DNA of 64,000 nucleotides from Patescibacteria group bacterium (GTDB lineage Bacteria; Patescibacteriota; Minisyncoccia; Phycocordibacterales; JAKAEA01): positions 381,857-445,856 of the forward strand of contig JAZKCY010000001.1 of assembly GCA_040387855.1 (NCBI GenBank), in the 5' to 3' direction. The position numbers and the translations under genes are program-made. How positions within the stretch are numbered: the stretch's first letter is position 1; every line of letters starts with the position of its first letter. Below are positions 56,338-64,000 of the stretch, piece by piece. The notes beneath the pieces were generated by a model that was given only the letters and a program-made list of their open reading frames with translations, was not told the origin of the DNA and did no database searches.

Positions 56338-56811
56338 ATGAGTCTTGTTCATGTTGAGGCTACCCGTGGCAGTGTCGCACTCACGATCTCGGCCGTCGCC
56401 GGTACTCGAGCCTGTGCTGTGCTCGATCGTTTGGCTGAGCCTCACAACGGCACAAAAACCATCTCGGTCTTTCCCGAACCATGGGTCGACAATCGTCGGC
56501 ATGGTCTCGTGACCTTGGTGAAAGGGATCGATGTGAAGATCCCACTCACACTTGTGCGGGTGAATCGATCAGAGGATGCTGAGGGTGTGCTCATGGTCGA
56601 TGCCATGGGTGTCGATGTGACATTATTCTCAATGCCGTACCGAGTGGATGAAGGACGAGGGTTGTGTCTCATGTCCATCGGTGCTCATGTCGTCGACGGA
56701 CAGATCGACAAGATCGCTCGCAATGTTCTGGCCATTCTTGCTGCATGCACAAGCTTTGCTAAGGATGCTCAGGGTCGAATGTATTTTGATCCACATCTGA
56801 AGCTCAGCTAG
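56338..56811 (+). CDS. Hypothetical protein encoded in a ~60% GC islet
   Basis: 157 aa from ATG 56338. High-GC codon usage. No confident domain. Confidence 0.45.
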   Translation: MSLVHVEATRGSVALTISAVAGTRACAVLDRLAEPHNGTKTISVFPEPWVDNRRHGLVTLVKGIDVKIPLTLVRVNRSEDAEGVLMVDAMGVDVTLFSMPYRVDEGRGLCLMSIGAHVVDGQIDKIARNVLAILAACTSFAKDAQGRMYFDPHLKLS

Positions 56812-56822
56812 GTGCAAGTATT

Positions 56823-56850
56823 CTGGAAGCGTATCGCTTCCAGTTTTTTA
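56823..56850. terminator. Rho-independent terminator ctggaagcg-tat-cgcttccag + TTTTTT (bidirectional, between convergent genes)
   Basis: 9-bp GC-rich stem followed by a U-tract. The minus-strand gene ends at 56848. Confidence 0.7.
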
Positions 56851-57447
56851 TTTGGGAAAATATCTTTGCTCGGCAAATGTTAATTCTGCTTCAGACAATT
56901 CTTTTTTGCTTGCAAATGCCCATAGCTCAAAATCTTGTATTCGTCTTTTCCCAATTACAGATTTAAAGCCAACTGATTTCAAAGAATATAAAAGTACAGG
57001 AAGCGTAAAACCTGTTTTATGTGTCATATATGTTTTACCTTCTGCTATTGCTTTGCGAAAACCATAGAGCATATCTAAAGGGGTGACTGGACCCTCAGGG
57101 GACATATATATTTCTTCAAGTAATTTACCCTCAGCCACTAAAGATGCAATAGCTTGAAGATCTGGGCATGCGATAAGCACAAATCCATCAGAGTTAAGAA
57201 CACGAATAAATTCATCAAATGCTTTGTGAACCTCTTGTGGATAGAGATGTTCTACGGTATGAGATGTAAACACAGCATCAAAAGATTCTGTGGCTATTTG
57301 TGGCATATTGGTTATATCACCAACAACATCTGGTTTTAGTTCGGGATCAAGATCTAATCGTGTTTCTTTCCATTCATCAGGTTCAAATGATACAGGGATT
57401 TCTCGGTAGGTCTTTTCACCACTACCTGCATGTAAAAGTGATTTCAT
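56848..57447 (-). CDS. Class I SAM-dependent methyltransferase (Methyltransf_11-like)
   Basis: Typical motif spacing (DVVGDITNMP, FDAVFTSHTVEHL, LNSDGFVLIACPD). Confidence 0.6.
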   Translation of the reverse strand: MKSLLHAGSGEKTYREIPVSFEPDEWKETRLDLDPELKPDVVGDITNMPQIATESFDAVFTSHTVEHLYPQEVHKAFDEFIRVLNSDGFVLIACPDLQAIASLVAEGKLLEEIYMSPEGPVTPLDMLYGFRKAIAEGKTYMTHKTGFTLPVLLYSLKSVGFKSVIGKRRIQDFELWAFASKKELSEAELTFAEQRYFPK

Positions 57448-57467
57448 AGATGCCAGTAATACAGTGA

Positions 57468-58295
57468 TTAATACACTCGCTCAATATTATCTAAATGTTC
57501 TTGATACGTTCGTGCTGTATGGATCTTTCCATTGTCATCATGCAAATAGAAAAATGCATCTGTTTTTCCAGGATTTAATGCTGCTTCAATTGCAGCTTCA
57601 CCAGGATTTGAAATTGCTGATGGGGGAAGTCCTTTGTTTTTGTACGTATTAAATGGTGATTCGATGTATTTGTCAGCAGGGACTACTTTTGGCCACCACT
57701 TAGTCTTACTACCTTTTGCATATTGAAGTGTGGCATCCATATCGAGTGACATTCCTTCAAAGAGTCGATTCCAGATCACACCTGAAATAATCTTCATGTC
57801 ACTTTTACTTCCTGCTTCTCGTTGAATGATAGAAGCTATTTTAATTGCAGTGTCCATATTAATGACATTTGTTTTAAGCTTTTCATTGCTCTCAACTACT
57901 TCTTCATTAAATGCAGTTATGATCTTTTTACTTACATCAGGTGCTTTTGCACGAAGGGGGACTACATAATTGCCAGGGAAAAAATATCCTTCAGTTGCAC
58001 CTTTGGTTGCTTCAGAATGAATGGCGAGTAACTTTCGCTTTTCAGTTTCAGACCATCCAAGAGTTTTACCAAATCGTTCAATAACTTCTTCTTTGCGCAT
58101 ACCTTCAGTGATTCGTACATTACGTAAATATGGATTAGCAATATTTTGATACATCTCAACTGCTGTGAGACCAAAATAAGATTTCATCTTAAAAAAATAT
58201 CCACCAAAAATAATACCAATAGAAAGAAACGATATGCCCACTACGAGAAGGCCCGACTTCTTTTTTGATGACTTCTTTTTCTTGAGTTTTTTCAC
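57468..58295 (-). CDS. mltG: Endolytic murein transglycosylase MltG (YceG-like)
   Basis: Lys-rich N-terminus plus TM. YceG domain motifs (GYFFPGNY, GLPPSAISNPGEAAIEAALNP). Confidence 0.8.
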   Translation of the reverse strand: MKKLKKKKSSKKKSGLLVVGISFLSIGIIFGGYFFKMKSYFGLTAVEMYQNIANPYLRNVRITEGMRKEEVIERFGKTLGWSETEKRKLLAIHSEATKGATEGYFFPGNYVVPLRAKAPDVSKKIITAFNEEVVESNEKLKTNVINMDTAIKIASIIQREAGSKSDMKIISGVIWNRLFEGMSLDMDATLQYAKGSKTKWWPKVVPADKYIESPFNTYKNKGLPPSAISNPGEAAIEAALNPGKTDAFFYLHDDNGKIHTARTYQEHLDNIERVY

Positions 58296-58404
58296 TTTGT
58301 TATTATATCCTGGATAGTCAGACTACTCAATGAATATTTCATGAAATATTTCCATTTTTCGTACGACTATAGTAGTGTAATACTTCTATTCTATATATAA
58401 ATAT

Positions 58405-59973
58405 ATGAAAAAAGCGACATTATCTATTTTAGCTCTAGCAACTATTCTCTTTGGAATAACCATTATAGAAGTACATGCTCAAACAGCGGACGCAACAGTT
58501 ACAGTGACTACACCCGGACCAATTCAACCAGGGCAGTATATAGATGTGTCATGGAGTCTTTCTGAAGAAGATCACAGATCAAGAGATTGGATAGGTCTTT
58601 ATAAATCAGGTGCAACAAACTCATCATATTTAAATTGGAAGTATGCTGAGGATCCACAAGGCTCAGCTTCTCTATATGTACCTCGAGAATCAGGTACCTA
58701 TGAAATCCGGTATATGTCACGTAATGGATTTACGAGTATTGCCAAAAGTTCTAGCTTTACTGTAGGGACGGGAACTGATGGTGGAAATAATAACGGAGGC
58801 AATAATGGCAATGCAACAACAACATCTGGGTATTCTTTAACATTGTCATCTACAAATATTCAATCTGGACAACCGCTTCAAGTATCATGGAAAACTCCCG
58901 ACGATGTTTCTATTTCAAGAGATTGGATTGCTGTGTTTAAAAGTAATTCACAAAATAATAATTATCTCGATTGGGCATATACTTCAGGTAATCGAGAGGG
59001 AACACTGAATCTCTACCCACCAAAAGAAGCTGGATCATATGAGGTTCGATATTTAAAAAAGAATGGGTACACCAGTGTGGCTGAAGTAGCGTTCACTATT
59101 ACTGTTGTAGGAACGAATCCGGATAATGGCAATGGAACTACTACTCCAAATCCCAATCCTGGAACAAATAGTTATAGTGTAACTGCATCTCCGTCTGGAA
59201 ATATATCACCGGGTGCTACTGTCACAATTAGTTGGACAGCACCTCAGGACACAAAGATCTCAAGAGATTGGGTGGGGATTTTTGGTGTTGGTACATCAAA
59301 CCGACAATACTATGAATGGAGTTATACAAATGGAAGAACAGGATCGGTAACACTTAAAGCACCTACAACTGAAGGGGATTATGAAGTAAGATATTTAAAA
59401 AATAATGGATATACAAGTGTTGCAAAGAGTGCTCCATTTAAAATACAACTCGGTAGTATCCCAAATAATAAAAAGATTATAGCTTTTGGTGATAGCTTAA
59501 CTGCTGGTTTTGGAGCTACTGAAGGGAATGATTATGTATCTGTGCTGTCTCGAAGAATTAATCAGCCTATAGAAAATGCTGGAGTCATAGGTGATACAAC
59601 TGCTGAGGCGCTTACTCGCTTGGAAACAAGTGTTTTAAGTAAAAATCCTGATGTTGTCATAATTCTTTTGGGAGGTAATGATGTAATTCAGCGTGTGCCT
59701 CGATCTGAAACATTTGAAAATATTAAAACCATAATAGAAAGAATTAAAGCACGAGGTGCCGATGTTGTTTTAGTGGGAATTCATCAGACTATCTACAATT
59801 CAAATTACAGATCAATAGCCAATCAAACAGATTCGTATTTTGTTCCTGAAGTATTGAGTGGGATTTTAGGACGTAATGATTTAACCGCAGATCTTATTCA
59901 TCCAAATGATGCAGGGTATGTGATAGTCGCTCAGAGAATTGATCCTGTAGTGCGAGTTGCTTTAGCACAATAA
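58405..59973 (+). CDS. Secreted SGNH/GDSL hydrolase with three tandem ~100-aa N-terminal repeat domains
   Basis: Signal peptide. Three copies of (ISRDWIxxFK...YLxWxY...GxYEVRYLKxNGYTSVA). The C-terminus has GDSL (AFGDSLTAG), GGNDV and DLIHPNDAGY motifs. Confidence 0.7.
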   Translation: MKKATLSILALATILFGITIIEVHAQTADATVTVTTPGPIQPGQYIDVSWSLSEEDHRSRDWIGLYKSGATNSSYLNWKYAEDPQGSASLYVPRESGTYEIRYMSRNGFTSIAKSSSFTVGTGTDGGNNNGGNNGNATTTSGYSLTLSSTNIQSGQPLQVSWKTPDDVSISRDWIAVFKSNSQNNNYLDWAYTSGNREGTLNLYPPKEAGSYEVRYLKKNGYTSVAEVAFTITVVGTNPDNGNGTTTPNPNPGTNSYSVTASPSGNISPGATVTISWTAPQDTKISRDWVGIFGVGTSNRQYYEWSYTNGRTGSVTLKAPTTEGDYEVRYLKNNGYTSVAKSAPFKIQLGSIPNNKKIIAFGDSLTAGFGATEGNDYVSVLSRRINQPIENAGVIGDTTAEALTRLETSVLSKNPDVVIILLGGNDVIQRVPRSETFENIKTIIERIKARGADVVLVGIHQTIYNSNYRSIANQTDSYFVPEVLSGILGRNDLTADLIHPNDAGYVIVAQRIDPVVRVALAQ

Positions 59974-59999
59974 ATACTTATTAAAAATAGAAACAATAC

Positions 60000-60040
60000 A
60001 CCCCCAGTCGCCTCTACGACTGGGGGTGGGTTTGGTGTTT
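60000..60040. terminator. GC-rich hairpin cccccagtcg-cctcta-cgactggggg between convergent genes
   Basis: 10-bp perfect stem. T-rich on the minus-strand side. The minus-strand gene ends at 60077. Confidence 0.55.
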
Positions 60041-60076
60041 CGAAACAAAGAGCTGTGAGTTACTGTTGGTATGTCG

Positions 60077-60694
60077 CTACTTCGCGATATCAGCCGCGTG
60101 GGTTTTGAAGTTCACAATGTAGGAGAAGGCTTGCACCTTCCTACCTGAGTTCTTCACAGCCGTGAACGTACCCATTTCTGGGTTGCTCAAGACCTTGGGG
60201 AAGATCTTGATCCGCTTGCCCGGAGCAAGTTCGATCGGTTTCCCATCTTGAAGCCCTTTGAGCGTGACGCTGAACGAGAACGTGTTCTCGACTTCAGCAT
60301 ACGACTCACGGGCTGTCATCATGGGATCGACGTAGAGCTTGTTCTTGGGACGGTCGGCGTTCCTCGGCGGCAGTTCCGGTGTTGCCGGTGCTGTTGTCGG
60401 GGTAGCCACCTTCGCGGGCTGCTGACCAGATTGACCTGTGAGGATCCCGTTTAGGCTGATCAGCTTAGGCGGGGTGAGCTTCACGATGGTCGGCTGGGCT
60501 GGCTTTGCCGCCCGCCTGGTCGATGGCTGGGTTTGCGCGGTCGGCTTGGTTGTCGGTCCCATGGTGCTTTCACCACGCGGACCAAACCAATGAGCCGGCA
60601 GTGGCCAACCTAGATCCTTGAGGTGGTTGATCCCTGCGACACAAGCTCCGAACAGTACGATTCCAACAGCTAACGGAATGGACATCTTAATCAT
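60077..60694 (-). CDS. Membrane-anchored Pro/Thr-rich hypothetical protein encoded in a ~58% GC islet
   Basis: Start MIKMSIPLAVGIVLFGA (a TM helix), preceded by GAGGA as the SD. A P/T/A-rich linker is followed by a ~90-aa C-terminal domain. High-GC codon usage. Confidence 0.45.
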   Translation of the reverse strand: MIKMSIPLAVGIVLFGACVAGINHLKDLGWPLPAHWFGPRGESTMGPTTKPTAQTQPSTRRAAKPAQPTIVKLTPPKLISLNGILTGQSGQQPAKVATPTTAPATPELPPRNADRPKNKLYVDPMMTARESYAEVENTFSFSVTLKGLQDGKPIELAPGKRIKIFPKVLSNPEMGTFTAVKNSGRKVQAFSYIVNFKTHAADIAK

Positions 60695-60849
60695 CGAATT
60701 CCTCGGTAGGACCACAACAAATGGTCTCAGTTTCTCTTGCTGTATTATATCACACTATTATGCATATTGTCAATATATAAAAAGAGGGTAATAATCATGT
60801 GTAATAGCCGTCATTAAAGCCGTAGAATTAGCAGTTAACTATAAAATAT

Positions 60850-60936
60850 ATGGCAGATGAAACAGAAGAAGAATCTAATGAAACGGTAAACGATCCTGAC
60901 CACAACTCTGGAGATGATGGTCAAGATGGTAAATAA
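60850..60936 (+). CDS. Possible small acidic peptide (28 aa: MADETEEESNETVNDPDHNSGDDGQDGK)
   Basis: ORF below the track size cut-off. The stop is followed by a clean terminator. Could well be non-coding. Confidence 0.2.
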   Translation: MADETEEESNETVNDPDHNSGDDGQDGK

Positions 60937-60940
60937 AAAT

Positions 60941-60971
60941 AAAAAAGCCTCACATATATGAGGCTTTTTTA
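60941..60971. terminator. Bidirectional rho-independent terminator aaaaagcctca-tatata-tgaggcttttt
   Basis: 11-bp stem flanked by an A-run and a T-run. Lies between the small ORF and the KGG gene. Confidence 0.7.
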
Positions 60972-60987
60972 TTATGCAGATATAAGC

Positions 60988-61176
60988 TTATGCTTGTAAT
61001 CTGCGTGATCTACTTCGTCGTCCACCTTTTCTACCAGCTTCTCGAGCTTCATCTGATGTAAATTCGTGTGCAGTACCTCTTTCGTGAGCTGCCTTGCCTC
61101 CACGGCTGGCAATTTCTTTCTGTTTTTCTTTATCCATACTTGCGAAGCCTCGTCTGCTCGTATTATTTCCTGCCAT
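60988..61176 (-). CDS. KGG-repeat general stress protein (YciG/con-10-like)
   Basis: 62 aa. RGFASMDKEKQKEIASRGGKAAHERG and GRKGG repeats. Confidence 0.65.
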   Translation of the reverse strand: MAGNNTSRRGFASMDKEKQKEIASRGGKAAHERGTAHEFTSDEAREAGRKGGRRSRSRRLQA

Positions 61177-61292
61177 AAGTTAATTCACAATTGGCCAATA
61201 ATACCGACCTACAGTACTTCAGACGTACACAAGAGGAAAAATTACAATAGTTGTGACTGTATCTTGCTAATAGTATTTGTCAACCAGGACTT

Positions 61293-61739
61293 TTATCGCG
61301 TAACACTAATTATTTCTCCCAATTCTGCACTCGGTGCTGTTAGTGTAATTCTTTTTGTCGTTGCATCTTGCAGAATAGTATAGCCAGTTGTGTATTCTGT
61401 CGACGTGATAGAGCCATTAGATGGGTCAACCGGTATGTCAGTCATGTAATTTGGAATAATACAGTCACGAATATCATACGCTGATGAACTAATGATTGTT
61501 GCAGTGGCTGGTAATGCTCCTTCAGCACAGGTAAACGTGCCTTTATTGTCTGCGATATTTTGGCCTACAGCATTTAATACCGCATTTACATTACTGATTC
61601 GTTGAGTATTACGGGCCTGAGCAAATTGTCTGCCGGGATTTACAGCAACGAGTACAACTGTAGCTAATACAGCTATGATGCCAATGACAACTAATACTTC
61701 TATTAGAGTAAAACCCTGTTTTTTATGTGTGTATTTCAT
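61293..61739 (-). CDS. Type IV pilin (prepilin with N-terminal methylation motif)
   Basis: MKYTHKKQGFTLIEVLVVIGIIAVLATVV is the class III signal G|FTLIE. Confidence 0.8.
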   Translation of the reverse strand: MKYTHKKQGFTLIEVLVVIGIIAVLATVVLVAVNPGRQFAQARNTQRISNVNAVLNAVGQNIADNKGTFTCAEGALPATATIISSSAYDIRDCIIPNYMTDIPVDPSNGSITSTEYTTGYTILQDATTKRITLTAPSAELGEIISVTR

Positions 61740-61783
61740 ATATACAAGTAAATAACACTCTATATAAAATAAACCTCAAGAAT

Positions 61784-62176
61784 TTATTTAGAATTATGAA
61801 AGATTCTATCTTGTTGCTGGATTAGTAAAGTATCAGATGAAATAGTAGTCATAAATTCTGAGTATGAAAGGGTACTAGATGCAATTGTTGTATACGTATA
61901 TGTATCCAGTTCGGTCGAAATACTACTGATGTAACATGTCTTTGAAAACACAGGATAATATTCGTCTCCAGAATATATAGCATTAGACTGTAATTGCATT
62001 TGTGCTATTTCCGAACATGATAGTGCAGCAAATAAAGTTTCTTGCTTGTCGAGGTTAATTAAATAGGTCTGTTGAAGAAAACGGGTTCTAAGTACAAGAC
62101 TCAGACTAGCAACTGAAAAAAATCCACTGATAAGAATAACAGATAAGAGTGCGACAAATCCTGAAGTATATTTCAT
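61784..62176 (-). CDS. Pilin-like minor pilus component (non-canonical N-terminus)
   Basis: MKYTSGFVALLSVILISGFFSV hydrophobic N-terminus. Lies within the pilin operon. Confidence 0.4.
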   Translation of the reverse strand: MKYTSGFVALLSVILISGFFSVASLSLVLRTRFLQQTYLINLDKQETLFAALSCSEIAQMQLQSNAIYSGDEYYPVFSKTCYISSISTELDTYTYTTIASSTLSYSEFMTTISSDTLLIQQQDRIFHNSK

Positions 62177-62361
62177 GTCTCACTAAGCATTAAAAAATTG
62201 GTTTCTAATTCTTGTGTGATCCTTACATCCATATACTGAGAAAAAGTGCTAAAAGACACCAGGGAGAAGCATGATACGGTAATTAGACCTGAAAGCAATG
62301 CACTATATATGATAGTTTCGATAAGTGTAAAGCCAGATCGGTTTTTTATAGTAGGTATCAT
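62173..62361 (-). CDS. Minor (pseudo)pilin, 62 aa
   Basis: NRSGFTLIETIIYSALLSGL is the prepilin cleavage/methylation motif. Confidence 0.6.
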   Translation of the reverse strand: MIPTIKNRSGFTLIETIIYSALLSGLITVSCFSLVSFSTFSQYMDVRITQELETNFLMLSET

Positions 62362-63631
62362 AATAATGTTGTGATCGTGGTCCCTTCGCAGTCAATATCT
62401 TTGGGTGCTTGCATATATTCTTTTACAGGTACAGACATGACCTGGCTTGTTGTTGCCACATCTATTTTTGAAATATGATTACGGGCAGTTGTAAGGCTTG
62501 CATAGATACTTGAGTTTAGAATACAAAATCCAGTAATAGTACTTTTGAAGTATGCTGAGGTGATAAGTGTGGGTGAAAGAGGATTTGAACTATCAACCAT
62601 AACAAACTCGGGATTTTGTGGAAGTGTAGATCGCTTTCTACCAATATATAAAATATCTCCAGCTCGAATAATTTTCTGTGAATCTTCATTGCCGCTAAAT
62701 GATATAGATGAAACTTCTAAAATACTTGAAGGATTAGAAACATTTAGAATTATTACGTCTTTTGTATTACCAGAAGTTGCGAGATAGGCATAGGGCCAAT
62801 CTACTGTTATGTCATTTATATTGTGGTTTATTTCACGTGAGCCAAGCCACACTGGTTGCGATGGGTTTTCTACATCGAAAATATGAAATTCTCTTCCTGC
62901 GGTACGGTGAGTACCAATATATACTCGAGATCGATAATACTGAATACTTATGGCATCAGGATATGAGCCACTTACACCAGGGAGTGTTGCCTTCGAAATA
63001 CTTGTTGCTGACAATGGTTCGGCAATATCTACTATGTGAAACTGGGTAGTTGTTCCTGTAGCTGCTATAAACATATGTGATTGAGTCACGTCAACAGCTC
63101 GGATGCCTTGGTTTAAATGTATCTTAATAGCTTGAGAAGTATCTGAAATGTCTTTTGGAAATATATAAAGACTTGGTTCTGTTGTGCTTGATACCAATGC
63201 TCCTACATATACATGATCATTCAGTACATCGAGCGATGTAGCATTTGGGACAGTTATTTCTTTGAATGTAATTGAATGGGACTGCTGAATAGGAATCCCT
63301 CCGCAGTCATCTCCATAATCCATGAGGGTTTGTGTGTCTGCATGAAGTACTTGTGCATTAATTGCGACAAGACACGGTGTGGAGTACGATAAATTTTTCC
63401 AGGATGTTGTAGCTGTTTCATTCAGAATAAGATTTTTAATAGTTTGAGTGCTCTTTACGAGAGTTTGTAGTTGAGCTCTTAACGTAGTAGTTCTTTCCAC
63501 TGATGTATATGTAGTGCTTAATGATAGTGTCACTATTGAAACTGTAAACGCAGAAAGGGCTAATGCAATTGTTAATTCAATAAGCATACTACCTCTCGTC
63601 AAAGCTTTTTTTGAGAAATTGTAATTCTTCA
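62358..63631 (-). CDS. Prepilin-type protein fused to an LVIVD-repeat beta-propeller domain (candidate pilus-tip adhesin)
   Basis: Leader MKNYNFSKKALTRG | SMLIELTIALAL. Five or more LVIVD-like blades (HVYVGAL, HMFIAATG..FHIVDIAEP, RVYIGTH..FHIFDVENP, YAYLATSG..VIILNVSNP, ILYIGRK..FVMVDSSNP). The track's longer ORF starts at 63713. Confidence 0.6.
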
Positions 63632-63762
63632 TGAGTAATTGAAACCTCTGTTGAGGCGAGATTTTGAAGTGCACTGAAATAAAGCGTAGTATCGACCCAA
63701 ATTCCTGATGCACACAAGATCATAATAATTCCCAAGGTGATAGCTAATTCTAGTACTGACAT
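63586..63762 (-). CDS. Possible small pilin-like ORF (58 aa)
   Basis: MSVLELAITLGIIMILCASGI is a hydrophobic N-terminus but has no Gly before the helix. It overlaps the next gene's start by 45 nt. Below the track cut-off. Confidence 0.2.
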
Positions 63763-63786
63763 ATATATACATGTAAAGTAACTATT

Positions 63787-64000
63787 TCAATGCTTAATAT
63801 TCTGAGTGATGCTGTAGAGTGGAGTGAGCATTGAAAGTGCAACAAAACCTACAATTAGTCCCATTACGATCATAAGTAGCGGCTCAAGCATTCTTGAATA
63901 TGCTTTTGAAAGAGATTCAACCTGCTCATCCAATAACTCAGCACAATATATACATGTCTCTGGAAGTGTTCCTGCCATTTCTGCTGTTGCGAGTAATGTA
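63787..64000 (-). CDS. pilC: Type IV pilus assembly platform protein PilC/GspF family, C-terminal end (partial; the 5' end lies beyond the window)
   Basis: LEPLLMIVMGLIVGFVALSMLTPLYSI is the conserved C-terminal TM segment of GspF/PilC. The ORF is open to the window end. Confidence 0.6.
   Translation of the reverse strand, partial: TLLATAEMAGTLPETCIYCAELLDEQVESLSKAYSRMLEPLLMIVMGLIVGFVALSMLTPLYSITQNIKH

Noticed and set aside
1-64000. CRISPR arrays, transposases/IS elements, integrases, rRNA genes
   Set aside because: Scanned for regularly spaced direct repeats, DDE/HTH transposase-like ORFs and tyrosine/serine recombinase motifs. Found none. No rRNA-like sequence is present.

Overview
The window is about 37% GC and is densely coded in the standard genetic code. 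It looks like a reduced-genome bacterium with a peptidoglycan wall and type IV pili, plausibly Patescibacteria/CPR-like; that placement is inference. The main evidence is a short ProRS with no editing domain, a PriA whose helicase motifs are degenerate, a short DNA polymerase III delta-prime, two MreB paralogs and many surface-protein genes. Housekeeping blocks are present: hpf; fmt-def-priA-murA; mreB-holB-frr-rseP; proS-mreBCD-mrdA-greA-lysS; the dcw block mraZ-rsmH-ftsL-ftsI-murF; and two tRNAs. Three accessory regions sit between them. (1) At 1-7000 there is a GH5 hydrolase plus a processive GT2 synthase pair, followed by a run of small stress/detox genes. (2) At about 17.8-39.7 kb there is a roughly 22 kb surface locus. 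It runs WxL-like secreted proteins, an FN3 protein, a 1688-aa repeat-rich secreted protein, then tatC-tatA and a small RR-signal protein. This is followed by what looks like a protein/glycan modification island: a TPR-GT41 (OGT-like) enzyme, an RCC1 propeller protein, a GT9-sulfotransferase fusion, a methyltransferase-GT-A fusion, a methyltransferase and two more tandem GT-A paralogs. A Pro/Thr-repeat secreted protein follows and is a likely substrate. This island is the best candidate for an undescribed system. (3) At 52.9-61.2 kb there is a mosaic containing an orphan GAF histidine kinase, mltG, a repeat-domain SGNH hydrolase and several single-gene islets of about 55-62% GC set in the 37% GC background. 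One islet encodes a PRTase. These are probably foreign and possibly from a high-GC donor. Two further GC-rich islets lie at 3.6 kb and 5.8 kb. The window ends in a type IV pilus cluster (major pilin, minor pilins, a pilin fused to an LVIVD beta-propeller, and a partial PilC). Other notable items are an XRE-HTH::MurA fusion with an 18-bp perfect palindrome over its -10 box; seven GTGG(T/G)-type direct repeats at exact 10-bp phasing upstream of mraZ; and a family of three terminators sharing the same stem sequence.
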